The notes below the pieces were generated by a model, which had not been told where the DNA came from, did no database searches, and saw only the letters and a list, made by a program, of their open reading frames with translations. DNA of 64,000 nt from an uncultured Nitrospinota bacterium (GTDB lineage Bacteria > Tectomicrobia > Entotheonellia > J063 > CAVPRW01), in assembly GCA_963707985.1 (NCBI GenBank), contig CAVPRW010000014.1, positions 224,001 to 288,000 of the forward strand. Direction: 5' to 3'. This document shows positions 44,606 to 54,068 of this stretch, in pieces; position 1 is the stretch's first letter, and each line of letters begins with the position of its first letter. A program made the translations under genes and the position numbers.

Positions 44606-44910
44606 CTACCGGGCTGGGGCCACTTGCACGAGCAAGCTCGGGTTCTGCCCACGGGCAGCGGCCCGGCGCTGCAACTCATCCCGTATGGCCTGGGGCACAT
44701 AAACGGTCCACCGGACCGAGTGCTTCAGCTGTTTCAACTCCCACGTGTCAGGGTGGACGGTCGACGGTGGACGGTCACCAGTGTGCGGCCGGGCCAACCC
44801 TGTCCCCAAGGCTTCGAGGCGGGCGAGCACGGGTTGCAGGGCGGCGGTGACGACAGCTTGCAGGTCGGCTCGAAGATGATCGACGATGTAGGGTAGACGG
44901 TTGACGGTGG
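44606..44910 (-). pseudogene. Fragment of a protein with an RHH/CopG-like C-terminus
   Basis: WTVYVPQAIRDELQRRAAARGQNPSLLVQ has a strand-helix-helix pattern. There is no clear start. Confidence 0.4.
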
Positions 44911-45129
44911 ACCCTCGGCAGAGGCATGCGCCAGCGCCCGCTGACTCGGATAGGAACCGCCCCGCGGCCGAGGCGGGATCAGCCCGCGCTGTTGCAGGCG
45001 ATGCGCTCGGGACTGCACCGTGCCGCGGGGGATGCCCAGGCGCTCGGCGATCGCGGCGGTCTCCAGCCCTCAGTCCACAGGGTGATGAATTCTTGCTCGG
45101 CGGGGGGCATGGCATCTGCCCTGCTGGAC

Positions 45130-45604
45130 GGATCAGAAAATCCGGTTCATATCCCTTGCCGGTCGGCCGATCGTCGCGGGTCAGTTCGAGCGTCGCCGCC
45201 TTCACCATACTCCGCCAGGGTTTGCCGGCTGCGATAGCCTGCTCTGCCACCTTGGGCAGCGGCGTGTTGAGGGCCTGCTGGGTGAGGACGTTCGCCGCGC
45301 GCACGAGTGCTTGATGAACCCGCTTGGCCTCATGGCGTTGGTGGACGTTAAGCACGAGCTTCATCTGGTTGATGCAATCGGTATTGCCGTCCACATAGTA
45401 TGCGAGATTATTTTTCGGGCCGAGGCCAAGGGGATTGGCGACCGTGCCCAGCTCTTTATAGGGGCTCAGGCAGTGGAAGAGCTGCTCCCCGTCGTCGCGC
45501 CAGTAGCGGTCTGTCATCAGCCCGCCGCTGGGGCTATAGGCGCAGGTAGGGGGAGCCAGTCGATAGAACCGCCGGTTGATCAGCTTGCCCTGCCGATTCT
45601 CCAT
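45130..45604 (-). CDS. Hypothetical protein, possibly truncated
   Basis: Protein-like segment CLSPYKELG..NNLAYYVDG..KLVLNV inside ORF 44606-45604. Confidence 0.45.
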
Positions 45605-45831
45605 TGCGGGCGCGACCTTCGACCTTTCGTCGGACGCGTCTCATGGCGCCGAATGGGCTGCTCCGCTTGCCGGCGTTCGCGGTATCGACGTTGCCGTTCG
45701 GCGTTGTTGAGGGCCATCTCTCCACCTCGCAAGCACGCTGTTGCACACCGTTAGGTAACCGAGCACACGTGGTAGTCGGGACAGGCGTTCATAGGCCATG
45801 GTCATCCCTTCGAATCTGACGTATACGGGCG

Positions 45832-46101
45832 TTAGTACGATTGCACGGTCTGCCTGATTTGCTCGAGGTGCCCAGCCATGATGCGCCGCCACATGTCGGC
45901 AGGGAGGTCATCCTGTTGCCATAGCGCAACCGTGAGGTCGATCAGGGCGGTCGTGTCTGCCCAGACGTTGCGCTGCGGTGGGATTTCATGCCCCCTCTCC
46001 ATATCTGCTTGGTTCGCTTGCATGTGACACCACGTCGACAATCCCTTAAAAAAGGCCAGCGGGTCACGCGTCAAGTCTTCGAGCTGTTCTGATGTCATCA
46101 T
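45832..46101 (-). CDS. Hypothetical protein (89 aa)
   Basis: ORF with an AAGGGGG RBS-like site and helical composition. Confidence 0.5.
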   Translation of the reverse strand: MMTSEQLEDLTRDPLAFFKGLSTWCHMQANQADMERGHEIPPQRNVWADTTALIDLTVALWQQDDLPADMWRRIMAGHLEQIRQTVQSY

Positions 46102-46227
46102 GGCTCAATCCCCCTTATTGCTCCTAGTGTGCGATAGCCTGTTGCTGGTGCTCCTGGCGTTCAAGCTTCCATTGGGCTCGCTCATCGTATTGGGCGAACG
46201 ATTCGCCTGAACATGGGCCACATCAGG

Positions 46228-48267
46228 CTAGGGGAAGAGATGGTAGACGTGAGCCTCAAACTCTGGGCTGGCCATCACGTCGTCCTCGAGCGCCGCCAGC
46301 TCCTCGGCCAGATCGTCCATCCACTCGACCAGGCCCCCCGCATCCGGCTCGCGGGCTAAGAGCGCCCGGTAGAGCACCGTGACGTGATCGGCCAGCGTGC
46401 GCGGCACGCTCAGGTACTCTAGGCTGTTGAAGAAGTCCTCCACGGCCTCGTCGACGGCACACCAGGTGAGGATGGCCTGCGTCCACCACACCAGCTCGCC
46501 GGGGCTGCCCCCTCGCCGCAGGGCGTATTGATACAACCGGCCCACCAGCAGGCTGACGGCTGCCGGATCCCGGCAGCTGGGCACCAAGCGCTGGAATTCT
46601 GGCGAGTCGAGAAACTCCGGCAGCAGCGTGTTAAAGCGATCCAGGACCGCCTGCACCCACCAATTCATCTCCGCTGGCGTTGGCTCCCGCCCCAACATGG
46701 CTTGGTAGAGGGCTTCCACATATTGCCAGGGGTTGACGGGGCGCTGGCGAAATTCGGCTCCGTCAAAGACCACATGCAGCATCCCCCGTACGGTGTCAGG
46801 GGTGGGCTCGGTGGCCAACACATCGACCCAGTAGGCCCCTTCCGAGGCATCAGGGAGGCGTTCCAGGGCCGCCAGGTAGACGTCGGCGACAAAGTCCTCC
46901 AGCTGGGCGAGGCAGGGTCGAGGGTCGGCGGTTGGGCACCCCAGCGCCCGGTAACGCACCAGGAGAACGGCGGTGGCATCCATCTCCGAGTATGCGCCGG
47001 CCACCACGAGGTTGCTGTCTGCTTGCTGCAGGAGGGCTGTCACCCGACTGGTCCCCCCCACTTGGGTCGTCACCGTGCCTCTGGTACCGAAGGTCGTGTC
47101 CAGCGTGCCATCGGGCAAGGAGCGCGCGAGCAGAATGCTGCCAGCAGAGAAGGGAACACCGCCGATGACGAGCTTGCCATCCGGCTGCAGGATTAAAGCT
47201 TGCCCTGACCCAGGGGGAGCGGCCACCCCGGCTTGACCGAAGGTGGGATCCAGGCTGCCATTAGGCTGGAAACGCGCTAGAAACGTGGAGGACGGCCAGG
47301 ATGGGATGATTGCGAAGCCCATCACCAGCAGCTTGCCGTCGGGTTGTAGGACCAATGCGGAAGGCGTATTGTAGTTTGGGTTGCCAGAAACGAAGCGGGA
47401 GATGATGACCTTGCCTCCCACGCCAAAGGAGTTATCCAGGTTCCCATCAGGAAGGTAGCGGGCCAAGATTGTAGCGCTGTTGCCCGGCACTTGGACTGCA
47501 CCCGCGACTACCGGCTTGCCATCCGGCTGTAGGACCAACCGCACACTTGTTCCGCCAAAGCCACCAAAAGTCGTCACCACTTTGCCCCCGGCACCAAAAG
47601 TGGCGTCGGGGTGCCCATCGGGCCGATAGCGGGCCAGCAGAATTCGACCAGTGGAGGGGCCAGCCACCAGGAGGTTACCATCAGGCTGCAACACCAGCGC
47701 ACTGGCCCGAGCACCGCCTTCGAAGTCCGTGGTCACGATCCCCCCACTCCCGAAGGTGGGGTCCAGATCCCCCTCGGGCCCGTAGCGCACCAGCAGCACA
47801 TCGCAAGGCCCACACACCGAGGCAGAGGCATTGGAAAAGCCCGCCACCAGCAGCTTGCCGTCAGGTTGGAGGGCCATGGCATTGGCCCCACTGCTACCGC
47901 CAACCGTGGTGATGACCTTCCCTCCTGGGCCAAAGGCGGTATCCAACTGACCGTCGGGCTGGTAGCGCACGAGCATGACGTGATCGCGGCCATCACCTGC
48001 AGACGTTCCCGCCACCACCAGCTTCCCGTCAGCCTGCTGGATGAGGGCATTGGCGGTGTCCTGTGGTCCAAAGGTGATGCTAATCCCTCCAGTCCCGAAG
48101 GTGGGGTCGAGATCCCCCGGGGCCGCGTATCCAACGCCCGCCCCGCTCAGCCCCAGCAGTACGGCCACCACTAAGCTCAGTCCCCAGGTTCGGCAATCCA
48201 GAGCCGCGAGCCCCTTCGTGTGGATGATGCGTCGCACGCCACTTCCTCCCACGGTGCCCTGAGTCAT
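46228..48267 (-). CDS. Exported delta-60-repeat (DUF5122) beta-propeller protein with C-terminal DUF4214-like repeats
   Basis: Signal peptide and seven LQPDGKLxVAG / LDxTFGxGG repeats. C-terminal LYxALLxREPD..W..F..SPEF repeats. Confidence 0.88.
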   Translation of the reverse strand: MTQGTVGGSGVRRIIHTKGLAALDCRTWGLSLVVAVLLGLSGAGVGYAAPGDLDPTFGTGGISITFGPQDTANALIQQADGKLVVAGTSAGDGRDHVMLVRYQPDGQLDTAFGPGGKVITTVGGSSGANAMALQPDGKLLVAGFSNASASVCGPCDVLLVRYGPEGDLDPTFGSGGIVTTDFEGGARASALVLQPDGNLLVAGPSTGRILLARYRPDGHPDATFGAGGKVVTTFGGFGGTSVRLVLQPDGKPVVAGAVQVPGNSATILARYLPDGNLDNSFGVGGKVIISRFVSGNPNYNTPSALVLQPDGKLLVMGFAIIPSWPSSTFLARFQPNGSLDPTFGQAGVAAPPGSGQALILQPDGKLVIGGVPFSAGSILLARSLPDGTLDTTFGTRGTVTTQVGGTSRVTALLQQADSNLVVAGAYSEMDATAVLLVRYRALGCPTADPRPCLAQLEDFVADVYLAALERLPDASEGAYWVDVLATEPTPDTVRGMLHVVFDGAEFRQRPVNPWQYVEALYQAMLGREPTPAEMNWWVQAVLDRFNTLLPEFLDSPEFQRLVPSCRDPAAVSLLVGRLYQYALRRGGSPGELVWWTQAILTWCAVDEAVEDFFNSLEYLSVPRTLADHVTVLYRALLAREPDAGGLVEWMDDLAEELAALEDDVMASPEFEAHVYHLFP

Positions 48268-48384
48268 CCCGGTCCTCCCCTCGCACTGATGGCGCCCCTC
48301 GTCAGGCCTGCCCCCGGGTCATTCCCCGCACGCGCGGGGAACGTGCCAATGTGATCATTAGCGACTTCTGTTCTATGACATGGA

Positions 48385-48819
48385 TTAGGCCTCCGGCCAG
48401 AAGTCGGCATCTGGTACCTGCGCCACCGGCCACGGGCAGACCTCGGGGAACGTCGTCAGGGGCAGGTCGGATTCGTCGGCCGCGTCCTCGCGAGCGTGGC
48501 GATAGGCGATGGCGAAATACTGCGCGGGGTAGTGCTGGAGGTGGCCAAGCGCCCGCTTGGCAATGTCGAGGCGCGCGTTGCGGATCGTGATCCGCCAACC
48601 CCGCCGTGGTTCGGTTGCCGGGTCATAGCGCCACTTCAGCAGGTGCGTCAGCAGGTTCTGCAGGTGACTCTCGATGGCGTAGCGCTCGCTGCGTCCCAAG
48701 CTCTCGATCTCCTCGGCCAGGTTGGCCCAGTCCAGGGTGTCCCACTTGCCGTCCCGCAGCGCGGCGGCCTGGGCCTGCGTCCAGGCGTAGAAATCGGTCT
48801 CATAGGTCGGGGTGGTCAT
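48385..48819 (-). CDS. DUF29 family protein
   Basis: YETDFYAWT..LDWANLAEEIESLGRSE..LLTHLLKW..FPEVCPW..DFWP. Confidence 0.93.
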   Translation of the reverse strand: MTTPTYETDFYAWTQAQAAALRDGKWDTLDWANLAEEIESLGRSERYAIESHLQNLLTHLLKWRYDPATEPRRGWRITIRNARLDIAKRALGHLQHYPAQYFAIAYRHAREDAADESDLPLTTFPEVCPWPVAQVPDADFWPEA

Positions 48820-49085
48820 ACATCCTCCTTCGGTGGGGTCGACGGGAGGCTCTCACGGGGTTTCCGTCCCTGGCGCTTCGGCGGGGTGGCGCAGGTGACC
48901 TGCATCACGACCTCAACAGGCACGCCGAAGGTCTCATGAATCCGGCGCAATCGCTCCAGGTTGAGGGCGACCTCGCCGCGCCAGAGCAGCCAGGCATACT
49001 GCTTACGCAGGCCGAGCCCGCAGACCAGGTCCGCCAGGGTGGCAACGCCGTAGTCGGGTAACACGTCGTGCAAGATGGGGTACAC
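48816..49085 (-). CDS. Cro/XRE-like helix-turn-helix protein
   Basis: TLADLVCGLGLRKQYAWLLWRGE..LRRIHETFGVPVE. ATGA overlap with DUF29. Confidence 0.65.
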   Translation of the reverse strand: MYPILHDVLPDYGVATLADLVCGLGLRKQYAWLLWRGEVALNLERLRRIHETFGVPVEVVMQVTCATPPKRQGRKPRESLPSTPPKEDV

Positions 49086-49153
49086 ACAAGATTCGCACAG
49101 AAACTAGCGCTCACGTATGACACGCCTAATTGCCCTGGGGATAGCCCAGCCTT
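49078..49153 (-). repeat. 76-bp leader element upstream of and including the HTH start
   Basis: Inverted copy of 40321-40396. Confidence 0.95.
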
Positions 49154-49350
49154 ATTTTGCGTGTAATACCCTGAACCACCTAGAAATTATGTGTGTCTAA
49201 CGCAGTACACGCATAATCCACGTGCGAGAGAAGGGATAAGACGCCTCCAGCGTTGCCCCTGGGCAGTAGGCATTGGACTTCTCCGAAGATTTACGCTGTC
49301 AATCAATACCTTAGCAAAGAGACAGCCCCACGATAGTACCAGCATAGATC

Positions 49351-49401
49351 AGGCGTGTAATACGTGCGTGAGAGTTTCTACAGAAAAGATGTATGTATCC
49401 C
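49351..49401 (+). repeat. Third, diverged copy of the HTH leader element
   Basis: 36/51 ungapped identity to the reverse complement of 49077-49127 (15 of the first 16 bases). It ends in ATG TAT CCC. Confidence 0.7.
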
Positions 49402-49936
49402 GCCCTGAGCGAACTCGCTTTCCGCCCCTCGGAGACTCTCCTCTGCCTTAGTCAGGTATATAGGTCATTAGTTAGTGATAGTTAGGGGAATATACTCCAG
49501 GTCAGCGCCGAAAGAAAGGAGGGCTCATCACGATTCGAGGTGATTCACGTTTTTGGGATACACAAGACGATAGTCCTCTGCTTCATTGATAGAAAAATCG
49601 TTGACACACGATCCAGGTTCTGTCTTACAATCGTGCGGATGTACCCGTGAGGGAACTGGCACAGATCGCGTGTTGAGTGTGCCCCAGGTCGTACGCTGTC
49701 GTCAGCATTGATGTCTACACCGTTGGGCCATACAAGAGGCATCTTGGCCATGACGCGGCAAAGGTTCGACTGGGGCATCCCCGATTGGTTCGGAGGCGTT
49801 TCCCCTGACCGCTCGAGGGGTCGTCGCCGGTCGCGGTCGAAAACCCGGTCAACGGCGCCAGTGTCGGTGGCACAACGCCGGGCCGCTCTCGTACTCCTCG
49901 TAGGCAAGGCCGACATCGCGTCGTAACCAACGGAGG

Positions 49937-50370
49937 ATGATCCCACTGCTCCCTAACATGTGCCACCCCAGGAAGCGGCGGCACGCCTGGCCAAGGCTCC
50001 TGCACGACCGCATCGCTGGGCCGCTGTGCTCCATGGGGCGGCCTGGGGCAGGTGGGGCCATCCTCGTGATCGTGGTGTCCGTCCTGTGCGGGTGCGCGTC
50101 CTTCAGGCCGCAGCCCCTCGAGGTGGTGGGATTTCGCGAGCGGGCTGCCACCAGGGAGGATGGCCAGGTGCGGGTGACCGCAGCGGTGCCGAGCGCGGCG
50201 GAGAGCGCGGCGCTGTTTGGTGTGGATGTCGCGACCCAGGGCATCCAGCCGGTTTGGCTGCGCATTGAGAACCATGACGACGTGGATTACTTCTTTCTCC
50301 CGATCAGTCTGGACCCGCATTACTTCTCATCCCAGGAGGCAGCCTGGCAAAGCCGGTTCTGGCTGGGTGG
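49937..50370 (+). pseudogene. Truncated lipoprotein (N-terminus resembling LssY-C-domain proteins)
   Basis: Lipobox LCGC and VRVTAAVPS..FGVD..GIQPVWLRIEN..LDPHYFS. The sequence becomes non-protein-like afterwards. Confidence 0.55.
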
Positions 50371-50620
50371 CGCCGCGGCCGACCTAGGGGGTGGGTCGTG
50401 CGCCCAGCATCGAAGAAGTCCAGGTGTGGGATTCTCACCATCCCCTCCGATGGCCAGGGCTTGCCGCCAGGCCGTGGAACCGCTGCGCTGGGGCGAGCGA
50501 TCTATGTGGAACAGTGCGCTGCATGCCAAATCCGGCGCTGACGGGTCATGGGCGTTGCCTGAGCGACGCGTGGGCCGCGTGATTAGGCGCAGATCGTGGT
50601 TTCGAAGGCACTCCTGCCGG

Positions 50621-50911
50621 TCAGGGCCTTGCTTCCGCTTCGCTCTTGACAATCATTTGGTACAACACCCAGCCCTCTTTGCCGTCGCCATAGCGTACCT
50701 TCGCACGCTGAGGCAGTGAGCCGTAAATGTCCTTTTCTTCTTCGCTGACCACGATCTCAGTGGGTTGGCTGATTTTATCCACCACCTGTCCGCCATCGAT
50801 GGCGCTCCGCGGCGTATCCCAGACCCGCACCACCCCGTCGTAGCGATCAAGAATCTCCTGTGTGATCATGGCTGTATATTCTTGCACAGGCTCAATCTTT
50901 TCCATTACCAT
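50621..50911 (-). CDS. Hypothetical protein (SH3-like C-terminus)
   Basis: AGGAGG RBS and RAKVRYGDGKEGWV. Confidence 0.7.
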   Translation of the reverse strand: MVMEKIEPVQEYTAMITQEILDRYDGVVRVWDTPRSAIDGGQVVDKISQPTEIVVSEEEKDIYGSLPQRAKVRYGDGKEGWVLYQMIVKSEAEARP

Positions 50912-51061
50912 GCGGACCTCCTGGGCTTATGCATGCAGTGCTTTCCATGCTACCCCACCTTTGCAGCGGGAATAGAGGCGAGACCATGGCCAACAAGGTC
51001 CCTTGTGACCGCACGCGGGAGAGAATGACCGGCGGCACGGTCTATCCGCGCCGCCAGAAGT

Positions 51062-51457
51062 TTACTTCGCGTACTCAAACTTCGGCAATGCTTTCAGCGA
51101 GTCCTTAGTTGCTCCCGGCAGCATCAGCTTGCCCCCCTCAATCTTCAGCTGCGCTGCCGGAATAGCCACGTCTTGCTGGTCCAGCCCTAAGAAGCCGCCC
51201 ACGCCGAGGATCACATAGGACACCGATTTGTCCGGCGCGACAATAATATCCTCGACCTTGCCGACTTTCTCATTGCTGTCGTTATACACGTCTTTGTCCA
51301 TGATCTGTTTCTTGGCGCTCCAGCCAAGAGCCACGGCCTTCATCTCCTCGACAGCTACGCCGATCGTAGACGTTCCGGCCACGCCGGCGCCCGCGATGCC
51401 AGCCGTCAGAGACAATGCCAGGCTCATCACCAATGCCACAACGATACTTTTTTTCAT
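51062..51457 (-). CDS. PRC-barrel domain exported protein
   Basis: Signal peptide and VYNDSNEKVGKVEDII..YVILGVGGFLG..ATKDSLKALPKF. Confidence 0.9.
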   Translation of the reverse strand: MKKSIVVALVMSLALSLTAGIAGAGVAGTSTIGVAVEEMKAVALGWSAKKQIMDKDVYNDSNEKVGKVEDIIVAPDKSVSYVILGVGGFLGLDQQDVAIPAAQLKIEGGKLMLPGATKDSLKALPKFEYAK

Positions 51458-51802
51458 CTTCACCGCTCCTCTCTTCATGTCCCTGCCATAGTTCAGCGGC
51501 ATCGCCGAACCCCTTTCAACACGCCCTCCGAACCTCGGAGGCCGCATACCTACCGCCCGGCAGCGTGATACTCTACCCATGCCGGTCTATTGCTGCACCA
51601 TGCTACCCTAGCACCTCGCCGTGGCCAGGGGAATTTGCCTTTAGCCCGATCTTGCTAGGACTTTAGTCCCATCCCCGGGAGCCAATCACCAGGCAACGGA
51701 TTGATAAGCTTACTGGAAGATTAGACTTCAAGATGTACATCAGAGTTTCGCTGCCCGCTGAAGAGAGCTGCTCCACATCCGAAGCTTCGTTCAGGAGGGC
51801 AT

Positions 51803-53138
51803 TCAGAGGCACAACCTCATGGTTTGGTAGCCTGATCGTTTTGCAGGGTCGGCACGGGGCTCCAGGATGAGGCGCGCTCCACCCTGCTTGGTGATATACG
51901 ACCACGCCCACTGGGTGAACACCATTAATCTGTTGCCGGCCTGGGGGAGAAACACGATGTGGATGGCCGCCCACGCCAGCCAGGCGATAAACCCACTCAA
52001 ATGGGCTCGGCCTGATTCCATGATGGCGAAGTTGCGGCCGATCACCGCCATATTCCCCTTATCGAAGTAGCGGAATGGCGGGGGAGGGGGTTGACCGGCG
52101 ACGCGTCCGGCGATGCTCTTCCCGACATAGCGACCCTGCTGCATCGCCACCTGTGCCACGCCAGGCAGGGGCTTGCCGTCTTGATCGAGAGACGCTGTAT
52201 CGCCGACGACGAAAATCTCGGGTCGTCCCGGCACACTCAAGTCGGGGAGTACACGGACACGACCGGCATGGTCGGCCTCGGCCTTTAACCATTGGGCCGC
52301 TGGCGATGGGGTCACGCCCGCCGTCCACAGGACTGTGCGACTCGCAATACGTTCGCCCCTCCACGACCACCCCTTCCGCATCAACCTGCTCAACACGCGC
52401 GTTGGTGCGAATCTCGACACCCATTCGTGTCAGCCGCACATGCGCCTTGCGTGAGAGACGCTCGGAGAACGCCGGGAGAATTTTCGGACCCCCCTCGATC
52501 AGGATGATGCGGGCGGAGCGCGGGTCAATACGTCGGAAGTCGGACTTGAGCATGCCCCGTACCATGTCGGCGATCGCCCCCGCCATCTCTACACCGGTCG
52601 GCCCCGCGCCCACCAGCACGAAGGTGAGTAGATCCCGATGCTGTAAGGGGTCAACCTCGATCTCTGCGATCTCGAATGCCTTCAGTAGCTTCGCCCGAAT
52701 CGCCTCCGCATCCGTGAGCGACTTGAGTCCAGGCGCGAACGGCGCAAACTCATCGTGGCCAAAGTAGCTTTGCTGCACGCCGGTGGCCAGGATCAGGTAG
52801 TCATAGGGTAATGAGCGCTCTTCACCATCGAGGTAGCTGAAGAAGACCTGGTGCTGATCGACATCGACGCGGGTGACCTCGAGCAAGGCCACGGTGGCGT
52901 TGAGTTGCTTACGCAGCACTTCGCGGATCGGAGCGGCGATATCCGCTGGCGCGAGCCCCGCAGTGGCCACCTGATAGAGCAGCGGCTGAAAGACATGGTG
53001 ATTCATACGATCCAGGAGAATGACCCGAACGGGGGCATCCTTGAGCGCCTTTGCCGCCGCCAGACCGCCGAATCCTCCACCCACGATGATGACGTGCGGT
53101 TCCGACCTATGTGTCAGGGATTCGAGTGCTTCGATCAT
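51803..53138 (-). CDS. ndh: Type II NADH dehydrogenase (NDH-2); 1-nt frameshift in a G-run at about 52357
   Basis: IVGGGFGG, FQPLLYQVAT, VGAGPTGVEMAG, WTAGV, FVVGD, AQVAMQQG and YFDKGNMA. Confidence 0.9.
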
Positions 53139-54056
53139 CACCCCTCTCCATTCCCACTGCCATGGAACCTCAAGCGGCCAGCTGCCACGTGTCGGTGACT
53201 CAGGATCGCGGCCTGAGGCCCTTGAGGACTGAGCATCTGACCGACGATCCAGGCGATCGGCAAGAGGAAGGCGATCGACCCAGGCACCCACATGATCGCG
53301 CCCGCCGCCGCCTGATCATTGAGCGCTGAGATCCCCCATAGCGGGGGGACAGCTGCGTACGATGGGTAGATGAGCCGCTCGGCAAACACCAGCCAGGCAC
53401 AGAGCACGGTGTTTTGCAGATCCGCCAGGATCAAATAGAGCACGATGGCCCAGCGTGGCACCAGCGTGCGGCTCGGCCAGGGCTGTACCACTGGCCACCA
53501 GAAAACGAGCGCAGTCGCCAGAAAGCAGGCGTGCTGCACCTCGTGCCAGAGCTCTGAGGCCAGCGCTCGTTCGTAAAGCGCTGGGGTGTGCCAAGCCCAG
53601 GTGCTCCCCACGTAGACCACCCAGGCCACGGGTGGGTAGATGAGCCATTGACACGATGTGCGAGAGTGATCGCCAGGCGAAAAGTGGCCCTACCCACATA
53701 CGCAAGATACCCCTGGGTAGCCCCTGCACTAGCGGCAGCAGGGGGGCACCCAGCCAGAGCAATGGCGGGGCGACCATCATCAGCAACAGATGCTGCACCA
53801 TGTGGGCCTGTAGTAACTGGGCTCCGAGGGTATGCAACGGCGACTCAAGAGCCACGGCGATGGCCGTGAGGCCCCCAAGAAAGGCTGCGAGATGTCCCCC
53901 GCCGAAACGTTGCGGTACTCGTGTGTGCAGTCGCAGCCAGCCACGCATGTAGATCCCTGCAGCCAGGGTCAGAGGCACCACAACCCACGAATCGACGGTC
54001 CAAGAGTCAAAGAGGGGCTGTACCACCCCGTTTGCTGCCACCACTGGGTGAGACAT
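53138..54056 (-). CDS. ctaG: caa3-type cytochrome c oxidase assembly factor CtaG; frameshift at about 53653
   Basis: AHMVQHLLLMMVAPPLL, WAWHTPALY, HEVQH, FWWPV and DQAAAGAIMW. Confidence 0.85.
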
Positions 54057-54068
54057 CGTGACCCCTCA

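Noticed and set aside
47000..48120. Repeated motifs resembling a DNA repeat array
   Set aside because: They are protein-level delta-60 repeats with divergent codons.
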